Source: a virus
Taxonomy: Duplodnaviria; Caudoviricetes
Virus record (IMG/VR): IMGVR_UViG_3300042898_000321
Coordinates: 1-39,908 of that record
Length of the DNA stretch: 39,908 nt
Direction: 5' to 3' (one strand)
Shown here in pieces: positions 26,536-34,473 of this stretch (position 1 is its first letter; each line of letters begins with the position of its first letter). The position numbers were made by a program, and so were the translations under genes. The notes beneath the pieces were generated by a model that was not told the DNA's origin, made no database searches, and saw nothing but the letters and a program-made list of their open reading frames with translations.

Positions 26536-27975
26536 TTAGGCGGCGTAGGGGTTCTCGCGCTTGCGGTGCTCCCAGCCTGCGTCGATGACATCATCGGCAT
26601 CGTAGTCTTCCGGTGGTGGCGGGTCAATGTTCAGCCAGCCAGCGTCGCGCAGGTAGCGCAGGGCTTGGCTCATGGCGTCGCAGAAGTCGTCGTGGGTCGT
26701 CTCCGGGAAGGAACAGATCTGGCTGACCATGCCCTCGGCCCAGTCCCTGACGTATCCCTTACGGTTGCTGCTCTCGGGTATCCACACCCGGCCAGCCCGG
26801 ATGATGTTCGCCACGATGGACAGCCGCTGGACCTTGTCGGCCCGCCCGGGGTTGTAGGCACGCACGAAGACGTGGGCACGCTGCAGGTCTTGGATCAGGG
26901 AGATGCCCGAAGCCTTCTCCTCCACCAGCACCAGATCGACCCGGCGTGCGTCCTTGCCCTCGCCGTAGACCGACTCGTACTCCTCCAGCACCTTGTCCTT
27001 CATGTCAGGGTACTGTAAGCGGTCCTGCCAAGCGTCCATGACCAGCACGCACATACCGCCGTCCTGAGGCTTGAACACCCCGAAGCTGATACAGGCAGTG
27101 GGGTCGTTCTGGGCCTTCTCGGTGAAGGCGCAGTCGTAGCTCTGCAGGATGAACTCCAGCTTGGGCAGCGGCTTGGCTGCAGGCCAGAGCTTGAACCAGT
27201 CCCGCTTGACGATGCCACCCTCCTCGGGGTCAAGGATCTCGGCATAGATCTCCTGCTGCCCGAGCTTGGTGCCCTCGTACTGCAGGATCTGTTTGCGGAA
27301 GTTGTCCGACAAGTTGTCGATGTTGGCATAGGTCGAGGCGGTCGTCAGGTGGACATCATCCCCTTCCCGGCCCACCAGCTCGACGATCAGGTCCTTGGGG
27401 CGCGGGGTGGTGGTGCAGATGAGGCGGGTCTTCCAGTCGGCGTCCACCTTTAGGCGCATGCCGAACATGATCTGGTCCCAAGCCTCCTGCAGGTAGTCCC
27501 ATGCGGCCAGCTCGTCACACCAACCCCCATGGAACTGTGGACCCCGGAAGCGCTCAGGCTCAGATGCGGGTATACCCTTAATCAGTGAGCCGTTGACCAG
27601 CTTCAGCTCGTGCATCTGCTTGTTGTAGTCAGCGATCAGGATCTTGGGGATGACGGCCAGCAGCCCGGAGTCACCCTCAAAGCAGGTGGCCCGGACGTCG
27701 GCGCTCGTTGGGGCGGAGACCAGCCAGCGTGTGCCGGGATGCTCCCATGCCCACCACCAGATCTGTTCGGCAGCGGTGCGGGTCTTCCCGGCTCCACGGC
27801 CAGCCAGCAGCAGCCAGATCGACCACCACGAGCCATGGGGCAGCACTTGATGGTTGTGCGCCTCTGTGAGCCACTTAGCCCGCTTGGCGAAGGCCATCTT
27901 GTGGGTGTCAGGGGCGACGCTCAGGGCCTGCAGGACTTCAGGGTCTTGCAGGGTGTCCAGCAGATCACTGCTCAT
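26536..27975 (-). CDS. terL: Terminase large subunit
   Basis: Walker A AGRGAGKT, Walker B GWCDE, TTTP coupling motif, nuclease residues SYD.A, E.KASG and HDD..DA. Confidence 0.95.
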   Translation of the reverse strand: MSSDLLDTLQDPEVLQALSVAPDTHKMAFAKRAKWLTEAHNHQVLPHGSWWSIWLLLAGRGAGKTRTAAEQIWWWAWEHPGTRWLVSAPTSADVRATCFEGDSGLLAVIPKILIADYNKQMHELKLVNGSLIKGIPASEPERFRGPQFHGGWCDELAAWDYLQEAWDQIMFGMRLKVDADWKTRLICTTTPRPKDLIVELVGREGDDVHLTTASTYANIDNLSDNFRKQILQYEGTKLGQQEIYAEILDPEEGGIVKRDWFKLWPAAKPLPKLEFILQSYDCAFTEKAQNDPTACISFGVFKPQDGGMCVLVMDAWQDRLQYPDMKDKVLEEYESVYGEGKDARRVDLVLVEEKASGISLIQDLQRAHVFVRAYNPGRADKVQRLSIVANIIRAGRVWIPESSNRKGYVRDWAEGMVSQICSFPETTHDDFCDAMSQALRYLRDAGWLNIDPPPPEDYDADDVIDAGWEHRKRENPYAA

Positions 27976-28606
27976 TGACGGTCTGACGCTTGAGTTCGAG
28001 GTTCTTCACGGCTGCGGCCAAGATGGTCATGGCGTCGTTCTGGATCTCCAACGGGTTCTCTGCGTCACCAGCAAGGATCTGGCGGTCGCCGTACTTCTTG
28101 GGCTTGAGCTTCATAGCCGTCCACTTGCGGGCGTCAATGCGGTTCTTCTGCCACTGGAGGAAGGCACCGTCCAGCTTGTGCTCGATCAACTCACCCGTGC
28201 GCTTGTCGGTCACGGCAATGATCTCGGGCTGCTCGTCAGCGATGGCGATGATCTCGTCGGCCAAAGTGTCGGCTTGGTCCTCTCTGGCGCGGGTGTAGTG
28301 GTTACAAAAGTCAGGGTCTGCTTGCAACCATCGGTAAATCGTCACCCTCTCCGGCATGTCTTCATCCCGGCATATCTCCCTTAGGCTTTCTCCCTCTGCT
28401 ATGCGGATACAGATGATGTCTGCCAACTGCTGGCTGAAGATTGTCGGTCTTCCCATCTTTTTTCCTTTTGCGGCGAAGCCTTCGGGTTTACCCTTAGTGG
28501 CTGCATCTTCGAGGATTTGAGCGATGGAAGGCATCGGGGGTGTGTCTACCCCTTCGATGGATGTTTCGGGGGCTTGTGCGCCCGATTTGGTGCTTTTGCG
28601 TGGCAT
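27965..28606 (-). CDS. terS: Terminase small subunit (Sf6-like HTH)
   Basis: GRPT.FS...AD.IC..IA.GESLR.IC....MP...T..RWL and RIDARKW...KL.PKKYGD; overlaps terL. Confidence 0.9.
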   Translation of the reverse strand: MPRKSTKSGAQAPETSIEGVDTPPMPSIAQILEDAATKGKPEGFAAKGKKMGRPTIFSQQLADIICIRIAEGESLREICRDEDMPERVTIYRWLQADPDFCNHYTRAREDQADTLADEIIAIADEQPEIIAVTDKRTGELIEHKLDGAFLQWQKNRIDARKWTAMKLKPKKYGDRQILAGDAENPLEIQNDAMTILAAAVKNLELKRQTVNEQ

Positions 28607-28669
28607 CTCGTACTTTCAGAGACATATGGATGCCCGAAGTTTACCCTGTTGTTCAAGTAAGGGGCAAAC

Positions 28670-28742
28670 TGGTTGCGGAATACCGAATCGAACGGTACGC
28701 GATCAGGCTTATGAAACCTGCCGGTGCCCAGCACCTTCCGCG
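28670..28742 (-). tRNA. Atypical tRNA-Met(CAT), initiator-like
   Basis: C1:A72 mismatch, acceptor GCGGAA/TTCCGC, anticodon arm CAGGT-TTCATAA-GCCTG read with shared T, T arm TACCG-TTCGATT-CGGTA, encoded ACCA; D arm only GTGC-TGG-GCAC. Confidence 0.7.
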
Positions 28743-28750
28743 ATAAATGT

Positions 28751-28835
28751 TGTTGGTGGCCGGTGCTGAACCCGGCATGACGGGGGTGTATCCCGACTAT
28801 ACGAACCCGCGCATCAGCCTGCGCATTCACCAACA
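28751..28835 (-). ncRNA. tRNA-like cloverleaf RNA with potential loop-loop pseudoknot
   Basis: TGTTGGTG/CACCAACA closing stem; GCGC-AGGCTGAT-GCGC; GGGT..GTAT/ATAC-ACCC; GCCGG-GTTCAGCA-CCGGC. Confidence 0.6.
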
Positions 28836-28915
28836 CGGCTGGGGACTGGCGAGGGAGTTGAACCCTCTCTCGTTGATCAGACGGGACTCCTGTAGGCATC
28901 CAATCCCCATGCGTG
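28834..28915 (-). ncRNA. Long stem capped by a degenerate tRNA-like body
   Basis: CACG-CA-TGGGGATTGG / CCAGTCCCCA-GC-CGTG encloses CGT-CTGATCA-ACG and a T arm GAGGG-TTCAACT-CCCTC. Confidence 0.5.
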
Positions 28916-28948
28916 ATGGTCCCCGTCTTTCCGGGGCGTCCTGTCATT

Positions 28949-29149
28949 CTAATCCTCGTCGTCCGGGTACTCGTCCTTGTCGGCGCGGTCCTCGTCGGTC
29001 TCGATGTTGTTGAGTGACGCCTCGTACTGGCGCTGGAGCTTGCGGCGGTGTTCCTCAATCTCCAACTGCTTGGGGGTCAAGGCCTTGAACTGCTTGAGCA
29101 GCTCGGCCTCCACCTCGTCGAACATGCTGCCCATGGTTTGGTTTGTCAT
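28949..29149 (-). CDS. Hypothetical acidic protein (66 aa)
   Basis: GAGGTG SD before MTNQTMGSMFDEVEAELL...; the longer ORF-track start overlaps the upstream gene. Confidence 0.65.
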   Translation of the reverse strand: MTNQTMGSMFDEVEAELLKQFKALTPKQLEIEEHRRKLQRQYEASLNNIETDEDRADKDEYPDDED

Positions 29150-29159
29150 CGCGTTCACC

Positions 29160-29468
29160 TCAGAAGTTGTAATCGTAGAACTTGGTGGGATGGTCGCGCA
29201 GGTCAAACTTGCGGCCATGCTTGTCTTTCCAGCCCTGCTTGCCCAGACGGATGCGGACCACTGGGTTCTCGGCATTGCTCTTGATGTCCCACCGCTGCTC
29301 GTGCTGGTTTGCGCAGTGGCCTGCAAAGCCGCCAACCTTCCAATCAGGGACCCAACTTGGGTCGAGCACTGCATCCATCTCGCGGATCTCAATGGTCTTG
29401 TTGCTGATGCGCTTGACCACCTCGTAGGGGTTGACGTCAGAGTAGCCGTAGTGGTTTGCGTATTCCAT
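29160..29468 (-). CDS. Hypothetical protein
   Basis: 102 aa directly downstream of a repeated promoter/leader; phage-like codon usage. Confidence 0.75.
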   Translation of the reverse strand: MEYANHYGYSDVNPYEVVKRISNKTIEIREMDAVLDPSWVPDWKVGGFAGHCANQHEQRWDIKSNAENPVVRIRLGKQGWKDKHGRKFDLRDHPTKFYDYNF

Positions 29469-29474
29469 GGTGTG

Positions 29475-29537
29475 TCTTTCAGTTACACAGCTCGTTTTGC
29501 TGTAGGGTTATTAGAACACAAAATTCAATTACCTCAA
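29475..29537 (-). promoter_or_regulatory. Repeated promoter/operator/leader, copy 1
   Basis: 30-bp identity with 35024-35053; operator variant TAGAA-N7-TTCAA at 29512-29528. Confidence 0.7.
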
Positions 29538-29555
29538 ATACCCGCATTTGAGGTA
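29530..29555. terminator. 10-bp perfect inverted repeat, possible terminator
   Basis: TACCTCAAAT-ACCCGC-ATTTGAGGTA just after the stop at 29562; U-tract is weak. Confidence 0.4.
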
Positions 29556-29561
29556 GGGTGA

Positions 29562-30164
29562 TCAAACTGCCTTTGGACGCTGGATGACAGTCTGCTTGAC
29601 GCCATCACGCACACCGTGCTCTTTGACAGTAGCCATCACTTTGACAACGTGGCCTTTGCCGGGGATGGCTTCAGATCTGCCCTTGTAGATGACCACGTTC
29701 TGGTCTGCGTCTTCGCAGATGTGAATATAGGTTGTGCCATACATGCCTTCGAGCACCACGACGTGGACCACGGTCAGCTCAAGGGTAACCTTCTTGCCCA
29801 CAGCACCGATATGAGCACGCTTGGCGTCCAAAGCAGCCTTCTCGCTGGCCCACTCAGCCTTCTTGGCTGCACGGGCGTCGATACCCTTCAGGATGGCCTC
29901 GCACTGCTTTGGGGTGAGCTTGCCGTAGGCGTCGAGGGCGTGGGCCATAGAACCCATGAATCCTTCTTTGTAGGACTCGTTGCCATTGTTGTCGTAGTCG
30001 CGGCCAGCGTCGGCGGCGTCAAGGATCTCGTGGGCGCGAGGAGTGTTAGCAAGCCAAGTCTTGCGTGCGTTGGCAATGATGATGCGCTTGGTGGCCGCAG
30101 CGTATGCGTCTGGGTGCTCGATTGGGTTTGAGCGGAACGTGCGGTTTTGAGTAGTTGCTGTCAT
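29562..30164 (-). CDS. Hypothetical protein with C-terminal OB-fold-like domain
   Basis: G.LT.KQ motif and HIGAVG.KV...TV...G.Y...D...NV.IYK...G..V...ATVK.H....G.KQT...RP. Confidence 0.7.
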   Translation of the reverse strand: MTATTQNRTFRSNPIEHPDAYAAATKRIIIANARKTWLANTPRAHEILDAADAGRDYDNNGNESYKEGFMGSMAHALDAYGKLTPKQCEAILKGIDARAAKKAEWASEKAALDAKRAHIGAVGKKVTLELTVVHVVVLEGMYGTTYIHICEDADQNVVIYKGRSEAIPGKGHVVKVMATVKEHGVRDGVKQTVIQRPKAV

Positions 30165-30169
30165 GTCTG

Positions 30170-30232
30170 TCTTTCAATTACCCAGCTCGATTGCTGTAAG
30201 TGTATTTGAACAGAAAATTCAAGAGTGTGCAA
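30170..30232 (-). promoter_or_regulatory. Repeated promoter/operator/leader, copy 2
   Basis: TTGCAC-17-TCAAAT with TTGAA-N7-TTCAA at 30206-30222 and CAGC-AATCGA-GCTG leader hairpin. Confidence 0.7.
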
Positions 30233-30261
30233 TACCCCCACAATTTGCTTGGCTTTTATGT

Positions 30262-30432
30262 TCAATCACAGTGCTTGTCCCTCTCCCGGGCGGGAAGGAT
30301 GGATGGGCCGACCTCCAGCCTCTCCCCCTTGAGCATCCTCAGCAACTCGGCGGTGGTCAGGCGCGGGTGGCGCTCGATCTGGGTCAGCACGTAGGCATAG
30401 CCGTCGTTGAACCCCTTGATGTACTCGCTCAT
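30262..30432 (-). CDS. Hypothetical protein (56 aa)
   Basis: MSEYIKGFNDGYAYVL...; fits the tight gene packing. Confidence 0.55.
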   Translation of the reverse strand: MSEYIKGFNDGYAYVLTQIERHPRLTTAELLRMLKGERLEVGPSILPARERDKHCD

Positions 30433-30443
30433 CTTGGTCTCGC

Positions 30444-30743
30444 TCAATCTCCACTCCCTCGCAGCATCTCTGCCCTGCAGTCGTTCCAACCCTGCACGTA
30501 GTCGGCGGTCTCGCCTTCACTGGTTGTGAGGACATCAGGGACGCTTGGCCGCGCCATTGCATTGACTGCCTTGTCCACACTGGACTGCACCTGCATCTGC
30601 CTGCCGTCAATGACGCCACGCTCGTACTCGGTCATGTACTGAGCCATGTGCTCCCGATGCCCCTTCAGGGCTGCTTTTACGGCCTTCCAGCGCATATCGG
30701 CCTCACGTTCTATGCGGTTGAACTCTTCGTCTTCTGGCGTCAT
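30444..30743 (-). CDS. Hypothetical protein (99 aa)
   Basis: GGAG SD, MTPEDEEFNRIE..., ends with the phage-typical Y..GWNDCRAEML; ATGA coupling. Confidence 0.7.
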   Translation of the reverse strand: MTPEDEEFNRIEREADMRWKAVKAALKGHREHMAQYMTEYERGVIDGRQMQVQSSVDKAVNAMARPSVPDVLTTSEGETADYVQGWNDCRAEMLRGSGD

Positions 30744-30892
30744 GGCTTCTCCAATACGATGCGCTCCAGCACTTCCATTGAGCGCTGAATGTCCTCCACC
30801 AGATAGTCTGGCAGTCTGCTTTGCTGACTGAACGCCCACGACTCCAGCGCGGACAACAGCTTGATGGCTGCAAGGGCTTCTTCTTTGGTCAT
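30740..30892 (-). CDS. Hypothetical protein (50 aa)
   Basis: MTKEEALAAIKLLSALESW...; ATGA overlaps at both ends. Confidence 0.7.
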   Translation of the reverse strand: MTKEEALAAIKLLSALESWAFSQQSRLPDYLVEDIQRSMEVLERIVLEKP

Positions 30893-31119
30893 GCCTTCCC
30901 CCTTGCTCGGATGGCTTCTTGGAAATGCCACGGCGCTGCATGTAAAAGAGCCAGATGAAGCATTGCCTCACGCTCATCAGCACGGACAAGGGCAACGAGC
31001 CGTTCAATCCGTTCGAGTCGCTGGCTACCCATTGTGCTGATTGTTTCTTTCCCAAGAATTCCAGTGATGTGCTGAAACTCAATGCCAGCCTCACGGGCCA
31101 TGTCTATCGTGTCTCTCAT
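30889..31119 (-). CDS. Hypothetical protein
   Basis: I.MAREAG...ALVRADEREA...AIRARG pattern; ATGA overlaps. Confidence 0.7.
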   Translation of the reverse strand: MRDTIDMAREAGIEFQHITGILGKETISTMGSQRLERIERLVALVRADEREAMLHLALLHAAPWHFQEAIRARGKA

Positions 31120-32459
31120 GTGTTCTTCTCCTTGAGTTTGGCTTCGATGGCTTGGGCAATATCAATCCGGTGTTGTGCCCATGAGACTGTGTAATCAAGG
31201 CTTCGCCATGCTTGGTCAATCTCTTCATCCGTCAGCCCTACCCATTGCCGCTGTGCTGATGGGGTGGTGTAGAGGGGTTTCCATTCGTGCTCTGATGTAA
31301 ATTCAAAATCGTAGGCATCGCCCCTGTCCAACCAAAATGACTGAAGGCGACCTCGTTGATACATCGCCCACGCCACAGGCTCCTGCACAGGTGCTGCGGT
31401 TTTGAGTCGGTCTATTGCAAGATACGGGTTGTCACCCCACTTGCACCCAATGGCATCATGCAAATCTAAGCAGACCTGAGCCATCGCATAGGCTTGCGCT
31501 ACGTTAATCGGCTCTTGCTGTGCTGGCTGTGCTGCGGGTTGGGTGGTAACAATCCAGTTCGCCAGTTCAATGCACTCTCGGGCTGTGACGTTTGGGTTTC
31601 TGGCCGTCCGCATCGTCTGCCCCGCATACCGCTTAACGCGCTGCACGATCTCAGGCTCCTGCACAGTCTGCACTGGTGCTGCGGGTTGGGAATGTTCCAT
31701 TGCGCGATGGATGCGCCGCAACTGCTTGTCAAGCGCGGGGTATTCATTGAGGAAATCTGAGCCACCTTCCCAAGCATCCAGCAGTGGGCCAATCAATGGC
31801 ATGACAGCTTCGCTCTGTGCGGTACGCAAAAGTTCGCGCTCTTGTTGCACAGGTGCTGGTTGTGCTGGTGGGGTGGTATAAAAATGCTCTGCAAGCTCAC
31901 GGGCCTTATGCTTGGTAACGCCTTCGCGGACAAGGTTTGCCGTGACCATCTCCACCCATGATGCGGGTGGGGTGGTTGTGGTTTTCGGTGTAGCCATCAG
32001 CTTGTTGCCGACCCATTCGACAAGGCCGACTTCAAACGCCACAGGCTCCTGCACAGGTGCTGCATCACGCATAGCCACATCAAACTTCAGTGCGTCTATG
32101 AAGTTTTCCGGCACAGGCTCATAGTCCAGCCCCAACTCTCTGGCGTTCTCTGCCTTCTTGTCGAGGGCTTGCTCCACTGCGCGACCAGCATCGTAGCCAT
32201 ACTTCCAGCCCATCTCCACCAGATCGAGTTGGTCTTCGCTGTAATGCTCGGTGCGGGGAACGCCATGCTCCAGCACGTTGCCACTCTTCCACTGCTCAAA
32301 GGTTTTGTAGATCATTGTGTTTTCCTGCACAGGTGCTGCGGCTTGCAACGCCATTCCCCCAATAGTCCCGATCAAACGCTTGATCTCGTCCACCAATGCT
32401 TTTGTTGTATTAGGGTCAACCGGGACAACTGCTCCCGGCATCAGCCATTCTTCTTTCAT
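31116..32459 (-). CDS. Mosaic accessory protein built of modules joined by AAPVQEPVA / YTTPP linkers
   Basis: Repeated APVQ(E)P linkers; ends QWVGLTDEEI...AIEAKLKEKNT. Confidence 0.75.
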   Translation of the reverse strand: MKEEWLMPGAVVPVDPNTTKALVDEIKRLIGTIGGMALQAAAPVQENTMIYKTFEQWKSGNVLEHGVPRTEHYSEDQLDLVEMGWKYGYDAGRAVEQALDKKAENARELGLDYEPVPENFIDALKFDVAMRDAAPVQEPVAFEVGLVEWVGNKLMATPKTTTTPPASWVEMVTANLVREGVTKHKARELAEHFYTTPPAQPAPVQQERELLRTAQSEAVMPLIGPLLDAWEGGSDFLNEYPALDKQLRRIHRAMEHSQPAAPVQTVQEPEIVQRVKRYAGQTMRTARNPNVTARECIELANWIVTTQPAAQPAQQEPINVAQAYAMAQVCLDLHDAIGCKWGDNPYLAIDRLKTAAPVQEPVAWAMYQRGRLQSFWLDRGDAYDFEFTSEHEWKPLYTTPSAQRQWVGLTDEEIDQAWRSLDYTVSWAQHRIDIAQAIEAKLKEKNT

Positions 32460-33169
32460 GTGTTCTTCTCCTTGATTGCATAGTCGTGAAATATTGCTCC
32501 CTTGCTTGCGTCACCCACCTTGCAGGACTTTACCCAGACGTTTTTGCCGGTTTTGAGCCTCCTCAGGTGGCCTCTACGGTCGTGCAGGCGGGGTGATGCG
32601 TGTGTGCCCCCCTTGCCCTCTGATCGAGGCTTGGCTGGCTCAATCCAGACCGTTGTCCAGTCGTAGGTTGGCAATTTCCCTTGCTGAATCTTGCGGCGAT
32701 TGGTGAATGTGTCGCGCACCGACGGGGTGTATGCCTCCATGCGGCGATCCATTGCGCTATACCAAGCTCCAAGCTGCGCCAGCATTAATTCAGCAAGTTC
32801 TTTGTCTACCGGCTCATCTTCGTTTACAGAACCATAACGAATTTCGTCACCTTCAATGAAGTAAAACATTGCAGGAATAGGGCGCAAGCGTGTTCCAGAG
32901 GGGCCTTTCCACATGGACACAGAAATACCCTCATCTGGGTCTTCTCCCGCCACCAGCATCAAAACCTCGTAGCTTGGGTGGTGGCTGGTTTTTCCCTGCC
33001 ACGCAACAAAACATTTGCCAAAAGGCGGTCTATGCGTCATCACCGGATCAAGATTGGCTTTTTGCTTATCCCCAACTGCACCAGTCATGTCAAACCATTT
33101 CATGTCAACAATATCGACTCCAGCGTCAGCCATCAGCTTCATGGACGAACGAACAAGTTGTGTGGTCAT
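32456..33169 (-). CDS. Hypothetical protein with SPR.H.RRGH.R motif
   Basis: AGGAG SD before MTTQLVRSS; basic C-terminal motif THASPRLHDRRGHLRR...VWV. Confidence 0.75.
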   Translation of the reverse strand: MTTQLVRSSMKLMADAGVDIVDMKWFDMTGAVGDKQKANLDPVMTHRPPFGKCFVAWQGKTSHHPSYEVLMLVAGEDPDEGISVSMWKGPSGTRLRPIPAMFYFIEGDEIRYGSVNEDEPVDKELAELMLAQLGAWYSAMDRRMEAYTPSVRDTFTNRRKIQQGKLPTYDWTTVWIEPAKPRSEGKGGTHASPRLHDRRGHLRRLKTGKNVWVKSCKVGDASKGAIFHDYAIKEKNT

Positions 33170-33276
33170 AAACAACTCCTCAAGGTCAACAGGCCCAGCA
33201 TCAGCACAATGAAGGCCACCAAGGCCCACACCAACTGCCTGTCCGCAGGGGTGGGCTTGTCTTCGTCTTCGTTCAT
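33166..33276 (-). CDS. 36-aa membrane peptide (not in ORF track)
   Basis: MNEDEDKPTPADRQLVWALVAFIVLMLGLLTLRSCL; GGAG SD; ATGA overlaps at both ends. Confidence 0.65.
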   Translation of the reverse strand: MNEDEDKPTPADRQLVWALVAFIVLMLGLLTLRSCL

Positions 33277-33461
33277 GATTGCTTCTCCTCGCCCCACACA
33301 CGACTGGCATACGCCAACAACTCGCGCATAACTTTTGGCTCAATTGCCACTCGAATATTTTCGTGGTGATTCACGGCCAACCAAATTTGATACCCGTCGT
33401 AGCTGGCGTATACGCCGTCGCCAAGGTATGTATTGCTGTCTTCGTTCATGATTGCTTCTCC
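33265..33461. repeat. 24-bp direct repeat GTCTTCGTTCATGATTGCTTCTCC at 33265-33288 and 33438-33461
   Basis: Exact match; each copy holds SD plus ATGA stop/start. Confidence 0.9.
33273..33449 (-). CDS. Hypothetical protein (58 aa) flanked by 24-bp direct repeats
   Basis: MNEDSNTYLGDGVYASYDGYQIWL...; GGAG SD. Confidence 0.7.
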   Translation of the reverse strand: MNEDSNTYLGDGVYASYDGYQIWLAVNHHENIRVAIEPKVMRELLAYASRVWGEEKQS

Positions 33462-33652
33462 GTAAACCCGCGCCACTTTTTCTTTTGCATCCCGGGTCGC
33501 TTGTTTGCCAATCCGGGCTTTTGCGCTGTGTCACACCACCACTTCCCGTCCCATAAGCTGTACCCCATGTACCCGTACAGATTTGTCTCGTACACACCGA
33601 CATGGACGGGTTTGATGTTCACTGGAAACCAGCGTGTCATCTTCTTGCTCAT
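33446..33652 (-). CDS. Hypothetical protein (68 aa)
   Basis: T.WFP...KPVHVGVYE...YS.WDG..W...WRG pattern. Confidence 0.7.
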   Translation of the reverse strand: MSKKMTRWFPVNIKPVHVGVYETNLYGYMGYSLWDGKWWCDTAQKPGLANKRPGMQKKKWRGFTEKQS

Positions 33653-33741
33653 TTGATAATCCTCATAAACGCGCCGCAACGGGCGCATTTGTAAATGAGT
33701 TGGCCATGAACGGGCTCCCAGCGGTGCTGGCAGTCCGTCAT
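33649..33741 (-). CDS. 30-aa zinc-finger-like microprotein (not in ORF track)
   Basis: MTDCQHRWEPVHGQLIYKCARCGAFMRIIK; abuts the upstream stop and overlaps the downstream start. Confidence 0.55.
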   Translation of the reverse strand: MTDCQHRWEPVHGQLIYKCARCGAFMRIIK

Positions 33742-34146
33742 TTACTGCCCCTTGACCAAGGCAATCACCTTGGGGTCAGCGTTGGACAAAAACTGCTGGG
33801 CATAGGCTTGGCGTGCGTTCACACGGTACGTGGAGGCCAGCATTTTCTCGATCTCCATGTTGCGGTCCCGGTTCTCACGAGCTGCCTTGACGTCGATCAC
33901 ATCAGCGACCCATTTATATTTGATGTCTGAGTTTGGCTCGATCTCAAGGTCGTCATCAACAGTCATGACCTCGGCAATCTTTAGACCGTTGTGATTTCCT
34001 GATGGCACCACCACCAAGTCACCAACCTCCAGCGCAAGGTGGGTCACGTAGGTGTAGGTGCTGCTCATGCTGCCGTTTTCGCTTTGGAAGGCCACGGTGC
34101 ATGTTTTGGCGTCTTCACGCAAGATGGCTGCAATGTTCTTGTCCAT
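33742..34146 (-). CDS. Hypothetical protein with SH3-like N-terminus
   Basis: AAGGAG SD; V.F......YTY.....L.VGD.VVVP. Confidence 0.75.
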   Translation of the reverse strand: MDKNIAAILREDAKTCTVAFQSENGSMSSTYTYVTHLALEVGDLVVVPSGNHNGLKIAEVMTVDDDLEIEPNSDIKYKWVADVIDVKAARENRDRNMEIEKMLASTYRVNARQAYAQQFLSNADPKVIALVKGQ

Positions 34147-34156
34147 GGTGTTCTCC

Positions 34157-34438
34157 TTAGGCTGTAAATTCGATGGCTTGCAACTTGGAGATCCGGGCAT
34201 TGATCTCGGTCAGGGTCTTTTGGTAGTCGGCCATGACTTTTTGCTTGTGCTTCTCCAGCGCGGCAATCTTCTGTGCGCGTGGGTCGTAGTTGTCAGGGAC
34301 GTCGATCTCGATCTCTTGCTCACCGACATAGGAGCGGTGCTCGTCGTCTTCCAGCTTGCACGAGAAGACTTGAAACTGGCCCTCTGTTTCCCATGACCAT
34401 TGGCAAAAATGAATGTGAACGGTGGTTTTGACTTTCAT
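34157..34438 (-). CDS. Hypothetical protein
   Basis: AAGGAG SD; C-terminal coiled coil ending I.KLQAIE. Confidence 0.75.
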   Translation of the reverse strand: MKVKTTVHIHFCQWSWETEGQFQVFSCKLEDDEHRSYVGEQEIEIDVPDNYDPRAQKIAALEKHKQKVMADYQKTLTEINARISKLQAIEFTA

Positions 34439-34473
34439 GGTGCTCTCCTTGATGGGGCCGAAGCCCCGTGGGT

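Noticed and set aside
26415-26627. 70-aa ORF overlapping the terL end
   Set aside because: No SD, overlaps terL by ~90 nt; the gap holds a plausible promoter instead
28546-29058. 170-aa minus-strand ORF across the terS upstream region
   Set aside because: Low-complexity translation overlapping two genes; region better explained by structured RNAs
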